From: Macrostomum hystrix
Taxonomy: Eukaryota > Animalia > Platyhelminthes
NCBI GenBank assembly: GCA_950097015.1
Contig: CATNEN010000027.1
Coordinates: forward strand, 620,001-684,000
Direction: 5' to 3'
Length of the DNA: 64,000 nucleotides
Of the stretch, positions 1-10,050 are shown in pieces. Position numbers and translations under genes: made by a program. The notes beneath the pieces were generated by a model. That model made no database searches and had not been told where the DNA came from. It saw nothing but the letters and a program-made list of their open reading frames with translations. How positions within the stretch are numbered: position 1 is the stretch's first letter; the number at the start of each line of letters is the position of its first letter.

Positions 1-1015
1 CCACGGGTCCGCATTCACCCTCGAAAAGCTGGCGGGGCTGACGTGACGAACTCCTTGAGCGCGCCTGGCTGTGTCCTTTTGACCTATCGGTACTGTGCAC
101 ACTGCGCTGTTGACCGCCGCCAGACCTCACCGATGTGTCGTCAGGACTCCTCGAACGTGCACTGCCGCGTCGTCTCCGCGATTGGCTCTGCTGCGGACTA
201 CGCCGCTGATCGCCGTCAGAGCTCACCGATGTGTCGTCAGGACTCCTCGAACGTGCACTGCCGCGTCGTCTCCGCGATTGGCTCTGCTGCGGACTACGCC
301 GCTGATCGCCGTCAGAGCTCACCGATGTGTCGTCAGGACTCCTCGAACGTGCACTGCCGCGTCGTCTCCGCGATTGGCTCTGCTGCGGAGTGCGCTGGTC
401 TCCACCAGGGCTCGCCAATGGGCCCCGATTCTCCGAACGCGACTCGATCTGCTGCTGCTTTCGCGACGATCGATCTCTTCTTGGGCTCGTGCTTCTTGAC
501 CGAGACCACGGATGCAGCTGCGACAAAGGACGCCTCGGCGGTGGTAAAAGTCTTGGCGGCTGAGCAGTGATGGCAGGCGTTGAATGTTGAACCAATAGGC
601 TGCTGCCCGAAGGACGCTCAGCTTCGGACTCCAAGCCAGAGGTTTCACCAACACAACTGTAGTACAAGTTCTCTGGCGGAAAGCGAAGTCGACCTCCACT
701 GCAAAAGCGAGGCACCTTCTTCAAAATCTGCTCAACAGACATATTTCGCCGCTTTATGGTCTGGCAGTGCTTCAATGTAGAGAAAAGATCCGCTTCCTGA
801 GTTGCCACTTGAATGAGGACACCCTTGCATTCGGCTTCCTCGAATTTCACGCGAAGAACTCGCTTGTTACCAGGGTCCGCGATAAGATTCTTGTAGATTT
901 CTTCGGACCAATTTGTACAGCAGCTTATAGGGTGTACGGAGAAAGGGTCGTAAGCAGATCCTTTGTCGCTTGGGAAGTAAACCAAAGCAAACTTTATCTC
1001 TTCAAAGTTGAGCAT
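1..1015 (-). CDS. 5' part of the DUF4806/BEN-like cargo ORF (runs off the window edge)
   Basis: ATG at 1015 corresponds to ATG 49959 of the full copy. Same sequence, including the 96-bp (32-aa) Arg/Ser-rich repeats at ~113-390. Confidence 0.75.
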   Translation of the reverse strand, partial: MLNFEEIKFALVYFPSDKGSAYDPFSVHPISCCTNWSEEIYKNLIADPGNKRVLRVKFEEAECKGVLIQVATQEADLFSTLKHCQTIKRRNMSVEQILKKVPRFCSGGRLRFPPENLYYSCVGETSGLESEAERPSGSSLLVQHSTPAITAQPPRLLPPPRRPLSQLHPWSRSRSTSPRRDRSSRKQQQIESRSENRGPLASPGGDQRTPQQSQSRRRRGSARSRSPDDTSVSSDGDQRRSPQQSQSRRRRGSARSRSPDDTSVSSDGDQRRSPQQSQSRRRRGSARSRSPDDTSVRSGGGQQRSVHSTDRSKGHSQARSRSSSRQPRQLFEGECGPV

Positions 1016-1458
1016 TGCAGATTAAGCTAAAATGAAATTTTGGAAATATCATTTAGAATTTCCCACTTTATTAAATATATGCTGATCCAATGGATCGCAG
1101 TCACTCATGCTCAGGGTGATCACACTGCAATATACTTAGCAGTCGATCCGTTTGTATGTATAGTCTAAGTGAAAACAGGAGCTCGGAAAGGAGCATTACT
1201 TTTTACCTAATTACAACGACACTCAGTCCGACGAGATTGGAGAATAATTATACCCAAATTATAGTAATACTCAAACAAAAACGAATAAATTTCCAGAGAA
1301 TTAGTCACTGATACAAGTCATGTCAAGTTAAACTGTCAATCAAAATACTTTCTTGCAGAACCCTACTATTCGCAGTCGCCGAATTGACTGTCGCCGAATT
1401 GACTTGTCGCCGAATTGGTTGTAGCCGAGTTGGACTGTCGCCGAATTAACTGGAAGCC
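1..1458 (-). mobile_element. Partial (right-hand) copy of the 3.5-kb MULE-like TIR element; its other end lies outside the window
   Basis: Appears identical by eye to 48945..50402 (offset 48944). Identity stops exactly at the terminus ...ctgtcgccgaattaactggaagcc. Subterminal GTCGCCGAATT repeats lie at 1377-1447. Confidence 0.9.
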
Positions 1459-2381
1459 GTCTTATTGCAATTATAGTATTTTTGAACGAAGAAATCAGTT
1501 TTCGCGCATGGGACCAGTTTGTACGAGCGTATGTGACGGTTATTAGTAGGCGAAGGCTTCCCATACAGTGTGAATATTTTAGTTTTTTAAGAAGTGAGCT
1601 TTTTATTCTTTTTAATACAGTGCCTTGCATCTGTCATACGCTCTTAACTGGAAACAGAAGCTGTTAGTATAGGTTGTCTCTTTCATGATTGTGTAATTGT
1701 ACGAGCTACTCTACTCTACTCAAAATTCTACTCAAAGTATATAGAATAAACCAAAAAAGTACGACTTTTCTACCTTTCCGTGCCAGCTCTAAAAATCCTG
1801 GTTTGGGACGGGACCCGGCCGTCCCTCGTGGGACTGTGACAATTCATGCATGGTATACATTACGTTAAAATCCGTTAAAATATACGGAGTAGTGGTGGCA
1901 TCCCCGTGTCTCTTCCATGCCATGCAGTAACCAGCTTTAACCTGTACGTATACAGAAACCTGGTGTGACCAAATCTTTTTGCGTATTTCTTTGTGTTTTT
2001 CCAATAAAAAACGCTACATTTCTAAATCGCTCACTAACCGACACATCTCAACTGTTTAGATCGCTTGCATCTAGAGCAATTTTTTTTAATTATTGTTTTC
2101 GTTCACATTTCCTTGTTAAATATTTTTTCTCGGCCTATACTCCGTTCCACAATAGAATATATGTTCTCATTTTCTTAGTTTTAATTTCGAATTTTTAAAG
2201 CACTAGCTACTGCTATAAAAGCGGTGTTTTGCAAGATAATCGTTTAAAAGCTTTATTTGCAATTGTCTTTTTGGTCTAAGCACTGTACTGTACTTTGCAA
2301 CTGTCACAATTCGTAAGTGTTTAAAAGCAAATATACAATTCACACATTTTAGTTTTTTGGTTTTGGTTTATTCCCACCCGT

Positions 2382-2619
2382 TCAACTCGATTGCATCAGA
2401 GGTTTTGTAAATTTTCATTGCGATTGATGCAGTAGAAGTGTCTGCCTGCGTATGTCAAGCTGGCTCCCAAAAATAAACTACGGAGATACGAACACACTTT
2501 AACCTTGAATAACCCGCAGACGCTTTCATGAATCAGTCTGAAATTTTACACATCCAATCAACTCGATTGCATCAGAGGTTTTGTAAATTTTCTTTGCGAT
2601 TGATGCAGTAGAAGTGTCT
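2382..2619. repeat. 62-bp direct repeat (2382-2443 and 2558-2619, 1 mismatch), with a degenerate third copy near 2730-2765
   Basis: tcaactcgattgcatcagaggttttgtaaattttc(a/t)ttgcgattgatgcagtagaagtgtct occurs twice, 176 bp apart. Confidence 0.85.
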
Positions 2620-3849
2620 TTTTGAAAGTACAAGAAAATACACTCGGAGATAGGAACAAGCTTCAAAGCTGTGTAATTCTTTTATGCATTGACAAAAACA
2701 AAATATTTTTATTTTGGAACGTTATCTTAGTTGCATCAGAAGATCTTGTAAGTTTCGCTGTAATTGAATGGTTATTTTTTAAATTACAATACTCTTGTTT
2801 GAATGTGTCAATGTGAATGTGAATGTCAATCGGGAAATTAATACATAGGATTGGGTCTACTAGTTCATGTGCATGTACATAAGGCCTATTGCATTCGTGA
2901 CGTAAGCTAATAATGATAAAACCACAAACTGAAGTTTTAGTATTGTCTTTTATTGCTCTTGGTTAAGGAACTGTTTTCTGTTTAAAATCTCCATTAATAG
3001 GAGTTATATTCGGTGCTGTTGTATCGTTTCAAGAAATATTATGCCGATAAAGACTGAAAATCTATTGCCCTTGCAGAAGAAAAAATTGCATTAGTTAATT
3101 TGCTAAAAAGTAAAAACACTTTCAATTATTTCATTTCGAATTTCATAAGTGCAAAATATGAGCTCATATTTTTAATTTATAAAAAAATTCGTCGATATCA
3201 AAATGTTCTAAAGGCAAACCAAAGAATATTTGATTTAGTACAGTAAAAACCAACCAAAATTGGTAAATCAAAGTTTGGAGTAAATAACAGAGTGGTAAAA
3301 TTTTAGACTTGTAATTCGTGAGTACAGCATTTGATTGCAGTTACCATGCAGTTTTTTACATCGCTCTGATTATCGCAGAATTGTCCATTTTGGTCGTTTA
3401 TTCTGGGAAATTCTAACAAAAATACAAGCGTTTAAAATATAAACTGGCGACCCTGTAGAAAAGAGTTCTATGGTCATACATTTTTGGAGGTAAAATTATC
3501 TCTTATAGCTCGTATAATAGACACGAGACCTAAAAATATTCAGAGTTGCTGTTTCTAGAAAGTTTAAAAAAGTATGAGTTGGGCAGAATGGGCTTTAGAC
3601 TTTTCATAAAATATAAAAAATAATATAGACTGTATATATGATGGGGATAAAATATAGCGTACACTTGTTTGACGAGCACTATTAGAACTTTTTAACTTGT
3701 ATTTAAGTGCACGCAATCACAGATTATAGATTTTCGCTTTGAAAAAGCTCATTTCACAGACCTTGGGCCGGCTATCCGAAGGTTCATACCCATGCAGTTC
3801 ATTCATGAGCTCTTTCCATTCGAAAATACATGTGTAGCTCATGGGCGTT

Positions 3850-6071
3850 TTACATTCCGAATCTGCGCAGAGCAGAGATGTACGACACGAGGAGGGCAAC
3901 ACTCAGGCCAACCAATGTGCTGCTGCACTCTAGCCTGACTGCAGGCTTAGAGGTACCCGCGGTTGTTATCGTGATAGTCACCGTGACGTTCTTGTCGCCC
4001 AGTGTTGTCACAATGATGCTGAAAGTCAAGTCAGCGGCCTTGACACACTGGGCATATTGCATTTATGTGTTCTGGTGTTTTGTCTATGGTAATTTTCTTC
4101 TACGAGAATATGAGTACGTTCGATAATACTGTCAGTATAAAAAAGAAAAAACTTACGCATTCAAGTTGATAGAAGTCACCATGGTGTTGACGGTATCGGC
4201 CGGCAGGGTGATGGTTGGGATGACAGAGCGTCTTGAACGTTGCAGAAATTCATATTCGTCGTCGATGCCATCGTAGAACAAGGCGTTCGCCAGGGCCAAA
4301 TCACGCTTGCGTCTTCCAGAAGGCGGGCTGGACGGTGGTGGGCTACCATACGGAGGCGGGCTACCAGATGGAGGCGGGCTACCAGGCGGAGGTGGGCTAC
4401 CAGACGGAGGTGGGCTACCAGACGGAGGTGGGCTGCCAGATGGTGGTGGGCTGCCAAACGGAGGCGGGCTACCAGACGGAGGTGGGCTGCCAGATGGTGG
4501 TGGGCTGCCAGGCGGAGGCGGGCTACCAGACGGAGGCGGGCTGCCTGACGGAGGAGGGCTGCCAGGCGGAGGAGGGCTACCAGACGGAGGTTGGCTGCCA
4601 GACGGAGGTGGGCTACCAGACGGAGGTGGGCTACCAGACGGAGGTGGGCTGCCAGATGGTGGTGGGCTGCCAGACGGAGGCGGGCTACCAGACGGAGGAG
4701 GGCTGCCAGGCGGAGGAGGGCTGCCAGGCGGAGGAGGGCTGCCAGGCGGAGGAGGGCTGCCAGACGGAGGCGGGCTGCCTGACGGAGGTGGGTTTCCAGA
4801 TGGTGGTGGGCTGCCAGACGGAGGCAGGCTACCAGACGGAGGAGGGCTGCCAGGCGGAGGAGGGCTGCCAGGCGGAGGAGGGCTGCCAGGCGGAGGAGGG
4901 CTGCCAGACAGAGGCGGGCTGCCAGACGGAGGTGGGTTTCCAGATGGTGGTGGGCTGCCAGACGGAGGCGGGCTACCAGACGGAGGAGGGCTGCCAGGCG
5001 GAGGAGGGCTGCCAGGCGGAGGAGGGCTGCCAGACGGAGGCGGGCTGCCTGACGGAGGCGAACTGCCAGACGGAGGCGTGCTGCCAGATGGTGTAGTCGG
5101 CAAGACAGTTGTCGAGGCTGGATACTCCACAGCGTCGCACAGCCGGCTGTTGCGCCTTGGCACCAGGCGAATGATTATAACAGTTGATCTATCCGATCCT
5201 CTCGAAGCTGGGATGTTGACTTCGCTGTCTGGAGCATCCATCGCAGTGATGTTGTCAGCCGTAGATGTTTGATTTGGCCTCAAAGTAAAATTGCACAATA
5301 ATTAGTTCATTCATCACATAATCTGCGTATCATCTTAGATTTTTTTTAATCTCAAGACTGCGATATGTTGCAGGCAACAATGGGACCTACCAACGAATGG
5401 CCCCAGGACAGCATTGCTTGTAGTTGTCGGCTGTGCGGCAGAATCTGTTGTAGGCATTCATTACAGCTCTCCTAATATCGGAGTAGTACTGGTGAATCTG
5501 CGAAAATACCAGCATAATGTTTTTTTGAATCAATCTCCTAGGACATCGTTAGACAGATGGGTTAAGTCTTAATTTCACAAGGCCGTACAAAATGTGCTCA
5601 CCAGTGAAGGAGACGCTCCAGAGATGGTGATCGTCAGGTCGCCACCAGCCTCTGTGTCTGAAACAATCACGAGGTTGATACTAAATTATATTTTTTATCA
5701 ATTAATATTTCACTTATCGAATTTAGATTTTTTCAAAAAGATTTGGTCGAGTGTGAAAAGCAAGTCTGATTTGAAGTTCTCACAGCTGCTGCAGAACTCG
5801 TTGAAGTAGCAGTAGCCGCTGTATGCCGTGTTGTTCGCATCTCTGCATGTGGTCGCCATGTAGCCATTGCAGATGGTCAGGTTCCGACAGGGGTTCGAAT
5901 CGCAGCTTTGGCCTCTGGCGACTGCCACTAGAAAAATATGAAAATGCCACATGTTTTGTCAGATTGAGACCTTACCCAAATAGGGTTACACATTTGCGAA
6001 ACTCGTATCCACTTACCCAAGCAAGCAGTCAGCAGAATACCAGCTGGAGACACTGTCTTCCAAAGGTACAT
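3850..6071 (-). CDS. Secreted, probably GPI-anchored Pro/Ser-rich surface protein (~550 aa): signal peptide, Cys-rich EGF-like module, SEA-like region, (SGSPPP)n, two furin sites, hydrophobic tail
   Basis: Exons 6071-6017, 5927-5784, 5657-5602, 5497-5391, 5278-4157, 4018-3850 join in phase through GT-AG introns of 89-138 nt (1653 nt total). N-terminus MYLWKTVSPAGILLTACLVAVARG; SCDSNPCRNLTIC; RRKR and RSRR; C-terminus ...CSSTLVGLSVALLVSYISALRRFGM*. Confidence 0.75.
4322..5096 (-). repeat. Coding 18-bp tandem repeat (~43 copies) encoding (S/P)GSPPP
   Basis: ggaggyggkctrccagay-type units on the + strand, in frame within exon 5 of the surface-protein gene. Confidence 0.95.
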
Positions 6072-7459
6072 TGTCTGTGAGGCGAATCACTTTAAGCCAA
6101 GTCTGAATATGACTGCAAGCTTAACCAGGCGCCGATTGCCATCATTTTTATTCCCAAAAACCATTTAGATTTTGACGCCGGTTGCTAACAACAAGATCCT
6201 TGCCCGGCGTATTTTCCTCATCCGCTCCCCGATTGAGCAGGCGGGGCCTGTGCATTCTCTCTCTCTCCCTCAGTCCCTCTTTCTTTCTGCGGCGGAGGTT
6301 GATGCCATTGCTTGGATACCACAATCAGCCAGCCCGCCCGTACTGAAGCAACACCGCGAAAACAATAGGAAATCGCGCAGCTGTGACGGGTCTCTCCTGC
6401 TGCAGCCATCGAAGACTATGTAAATAGGCGGGCGGGGGTTCCGCGGAGAGGCTTAAAAAACAATCCATGGGGCTTGCTCTGTGCCTCAAAAAAGAGAAGT
6501 GCCTTCAATGGGCGCGACCTTGTAAAAAATGGCAGCGGAGGCAAAGGCGTATTGCCGCGGAAACTGACTCCGGGTGGGAGGCTGCGGAGACGGATGGGAC
6601 TGCAGCGTGCCAGACAATGAAGCAATTGTAAGACAGGCTGCACCGGCTTTCTCGCTACGCGCTGCATCCCTTACCTGTCAAGGAAGCTGCTGGGCCAGCA
6701 AACTCAGAGCTTAACCGGTGTCGACCTGTTTAATCCACTCGGCCTACAGTCACTGGCTGCCTGTATGTGCTCACTATGAGAGGGAGGAGAAGGGAGATAA
6801 TTGATTTTTGGCCTTATTCAATTTGTTGTCAATTTTTTATGAGCATGGTTGGCTCAGCCGTTGATTATAGAATGAGGTCTGAGAGAATGAGATGTAAGCT
6901 TAAGCGACACGTAACTTGCAACTGTGAAGATATTTCCTGCCACTGACATACGATTTGACTGTGACGACGATGTCACCATTGAAATCGTTTCTGTTCGTTT
7001 CTGTTCACAAAAATAATCAACATAGCAACGAATTTGAGTATGGCAACAAACATAGGAAAGACAGATTTATACATGATTTGCACTTGAAGCTTAAGACTTC
7101 GCTATTTTTCCCCCTGGGAAAAACCTAAAGGGTGGATTTCAAATACCAACTGCCTACTTCAACATTAGCTCCGAAACCAAATGACCAATTTTTATGAAAG
7201 TCCACCACATGGAGCTATTTTTCCTCCTTTACGATGAACTAATTTTCTATAATAGTTGAAGCTGAATTTACAGCTTATTCCTGCACTCTTCCTTCCAGTG
7301 ATGGACAAGGAGGAATTCTCAACTCACAGAAAGGGCTAAAATTGCTATTAAACTCTCAAAAGTACCGAATAAAATTCAGTTGTGACTCTGGTAATCAGGT
7401 AACATATATTAAACTTATCTTCAAACCCAGATCTTGTATTTTTAAGTCGAGTTAAAGTG

Positions 7460-7465
7460 TTTATT
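7460..7465 (-). terminator. Putative polyadenylation signal (AATAAA) of the peptide gene
   Basis: tttatt on the + strand, ~150 nt downstream of the stop at 7616. Confidence 0.5.
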
Positions 7466-7615
7466 TTGTTCTTTAATCATCGCGAATAAGAAAAGTTACA
7501 ACAATAAACTCGCAAGTTCTGCCTGTTAGAAATAAAAAGTTTATGTTTGAGTAGAACTGAGTATAGTGAGCAAGTCCGGTCCGTTTCCAGTTGCCAGCGG
7601 CTCAGCGGCATCTGC

Positions 7616-7870
7616 CTACTTGCCAGGGATCGGCAGCATGCGGTAGACCCTGTAGACCGACTTGGCGACGCGCCACACACGCTTCCACCGGATTCGCCAC
7701 TTCTTCTGCAGCTCCGCGGCCTTCTCCGCTGTCAATTCCGACTCGTCCAAGTCAGCCAGGGCCTCAAGGGCCTGCAGCGACTCCGCGTCTTCCTCCGACA
7801 TCTCCTGGCTGGGTCTGGCGGCTGCCAGGGCTGCGCAGAGCAGGAGTCCGAGAGCAAACTGCCACTTCAT
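7616..7870 (-). CDS. Prepro-peptide (84 aa): signal peptide, acidic pro-region, cationic Trp/Arg-rich amidated peptide; candidate antimicrobial peptide
   Basis: MKWQFALGLLLCAALAAA | RPSQEMSEEDAESLQALEALADLDESELTAEKAAELQ-KK | WRIRWKRVWRVAKSVYRVYRMLPIP-GK*. GC-rich single exon with an upstream TATA box and downstream AATAAA. Confidence 0.85.
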   Translation of the reverse strand: MKWQFALGLLLCAALAAARPSQEMSEEDAESLQALEALADLDESELTAEKAAELQKKWRIRWKRVWRVAKSVYRVYRMLPIPGK

Positions 7871-7962
7871 GCTTGTGTCGCTGTTTGTCGCTTGATGAAG
7901 CAGGTTGAGAAGCTGAGAGCTGCACTTGGCTTGGAGGTCCACCCAGCATCGAGATGACTCGA

Positions 7963-7969
7963 ATTTATA
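7963..7969 (-). promoter_or_regulatory. TATA box (TATAAAT) of the peptide gene
   Basis: atttata on the + strand, ~93 nt upstream of ATG 7870. Confidence 0.55.
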
Positions 7970-8735
7970 CACTCCAAATCGACACGTTTTTCCGGGCATG
8001 GAAATTCATCGAGCCTTTGGTCTCACATGCTGCACAGCAGAGCGACCCGCTGCTGCTTTCCTTTTCCTATTCAAGCCGTTCTCTTGACACTGAGGTAGAG
8101 TAGCTCCTACAATTAGGTTCATTGTGCGAGATGAGTGTCAAGATTAAAGGAATTTGTGTCTCACTTACTTAGTGAAAATGAATAGTGTGATGACCTGCTA
8201 TCTGCTGCTTGACCTTGAGCAAAGCTTGCAAGAAGATACAGATTCCATTCTATTGTGTAATAGTGAGGCATTATGTAAGCCATGAGCTTTGAACTACAAC
8301 TTAGCAAAGTCAACTGACCCTTTTCCAAATTAGAGTTTTATATTTAATCCGATTGCTTATCTATTTGACGTTTAAAAGGGCTTCTATTCATTCATCCATG
8401 AGCGAAGCGATCTCATTGAATGGGCCCGAGGACTATTTTAACCATAGACTATGATTAAAAAGTCTTTCAATCAACAATTCATCCTAGACTGTAATAAATT
8501 AAACGAATTAAACAGGAAAGTCAGTACTTTATTAACTGGTGCTGTGCTGCTAAAAATGAAATGGAGTTTCCGTAACCAAGGCAGCATATTAGCTACATAA
8601 TAGCTAGATAGGGCAGACAGTCGATACCAAATACCGTGCAGTTGTAGTCACCACAGTCCCATAATTGTTACAGAAAAAAGCAATGGCCATTGTTGTCTCA
8701 TTTAACATAAAAAACTGACTAAGGTTATGCGTATT

Positions 8736-8943
8736 GACTGAAGCCTACCTGTTAGACTTGAAGCCTACCTGTTAGACTTGAAGCCTACCTGTTAGACTTG
8801 AAGCCTACCTGTTAGACTTGAAGCCTACCTGTTAGACTTGAAGCCTACCTGTTAGACCTGAAGCCTACCTGTTAGACTTGAAGCCTACCTGTTAGACCTG
8901 AAGCCTACATGTTAGACTTGAAGCCTACCTGTTAGACTTGAAG
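8736..8943. repeat. 20-bp minisatellite (aagcctacctgttagacttg, ~10 copies) interrupted by the LTR element
   Basis: Period 20. Related sequence resumes at 13476-13530, after the 3' LTR. Confidence 0.95.
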
Positions 8944-9175
8944 AGCCTGTAGCAGCAAATTCACTTCTTTCTTTTAACTCTTAATATTTAAAGATTCAAA
9001 TGGTACTTTTATTTCCCCCCTTACCGCTAATTTGTCTATGACCCTTGTTATCGATAGGTACAGTTGCCCGGTTAAGACTTAAATGTAACCCCACGACAAA
9101 ACTAAATAAACAAGCTCAAGCTTTTGCCGACTCTTAAATTTAACAGCAACATTTGTAGCAAGTCAGCTACAAAAT

Positions 9176-9187
9176 TGGTAGCAGAGC
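9176..9187 (+). other. Primer-binding site TGGTAGCAGAGC (complementary to the 3' end of animal initiator tRNA-Met)
   Basis: Lies 4 nt after the 5' LTR. Animal tRNAi-Met ends ...CTCTGCTACCA. Confidence 0.75.
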
Positions 9188-9195
9188 GTTTCATC

Positions 9196-10050
9196 ATGCC
9201 AAAAACCAGGAGATACGAACCAGGCACAGCAGAAGCCCAGCGTCTACAGCGGCAACCCGATGAAACGCCTCAAATTCCCGAGCGACAAATCACACAGCAC
9301 GCAGTCAAACCGCCCGCGTTCTATCGCAAGTCCCCAGAAATATGGTTCCGTCAGTTAGAATCCCAGTTCACTTTAGCCGGCATCGTCAATCCGACAACCA
9401 AGTTCCACCACACACTGGCCGCTCTACCCGAAGACGTGGCTTGCTCAATCGATCTGGATACGGGAGACTATGCGTCACTTAAGTCGGCGGTGCTCGAATC
9501 ATTACGCGTAAACCGGCACCAGCGCATCGAAGAGGCACAGGCTGCAGTTGAACTCGGCGACCGCCGTCCATCGCAACTGGTTAACGACATCAAGCGCAAG
9601 TTCGGCGAAGTCGGTCTGCAAGTCGATGATAGCATCGTCAAGTCTCGGCTCCTGTCGGCACTCCCGACCCACATCCGTTCCGCATTAGTCGGACACGAAG
9701 ACGCGCCGCTGGATGCTTTCTCTAAAATCGCCGACAGCATGCTTGCCGTGTCAGCCAGCACAACGCCGTTCGCCCCAATCAACCGGGCCATCGCACCCGG
9801 CCAGTTGTCCGCAGGAAACAAGAAAAGTCCGTTTCGAGGAGCTAGACGCGATGATTTTCAAGCCAACCGAAATTCTCTCCGCCGCCCTAAAATCTGCAAC
9901 GGTCACCTGTACTACGCCGCGGAAGCTCGCACCTGCCGACCGTGGTGTCAGTGGCCTGGACCGAAGCCGACGATAACACTCGCCAGCCGCCAACCTACTC
10001 CGACTCAATCCCGCTCAAGCAGCCCAACGCCGACAGCGGCGTCAAACTAG
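9196..10050 (+). CDS. gag: Gag with CHCC nucleocapsid motif
   Basis: First ATG at 9196. Contains [40 protein letters not shown] fits C-x2-H-x9-C-x3-C. Confidence 0.9.
   Translation: MPKTRRYEPGTAEAQRLQRQPDETPQIPERQITQHAVKPPAFYRKSPEIWFRQLESQFTLAGIVNPTTKFHHTLAALPEDVACSIDLDTGDYASLKSAVLESLRVNRHQRIEEAQAAVELGDRRPSQLVNDIKRKFGEVGLQVDDSIVKSRLLSALPTHIRSALVGHEDAPLDAFSKIADSMLAVSASTTPFAPINRAIAPGQLSAGNKKSPFRGARRDDFQANRNSLRRPKICNGHLYYAAEARTCRPWCQWPGPKPTITLASRQPTPTQSRSSSPTPTAASN

Noticed and set aside
43-570. + strand ORFs over the 96-bp repeats (and 48855-49514)
   Set aside because: Antisense to the 510-aa minus-strand element ORF, which has recognisable terminal domains.
1-1458. Assembly artefact or segmental duplication as the cause of the 49-kb-spaced duplicate
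   Set aside because: Identity ends exactly at the TIR, and the full copy has a perfect 9-bp TSD, which indicates transposition.
3442-3455. hAT-like terminus (reverse complement cagggtcgccagtt)
   Set aside because: No partner TIR or 8-bp TSD found by eye, so it is not annotated as an element.
4129-4156. Possible 28-nt micro-intron in the surface-protein gene
   Set aside because: A better acceptor (gctgacttgactttcag, 4019) gives a typical 138-nt intron and the hydrophobic C-terminus in frame. The micro-intron model ends in a short, featureless tail.
4233-5272. Long + strand ORFs (LPDGGG)n, Gln/Glu-rich and Arg-rich frames
   Set aside because: These are antisense or alternate-frame shadows of the 18-bp coding repeat. 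Only the minus frame joins flanking exons with valid splice sites.
7547-7957. + strand ORFs overlapping the peptide gene
   Set aside because: GC-rich antisense shadows. Only the minus frame has signal peptide/pro/mature logic with a TATA box and poly(A) signal.
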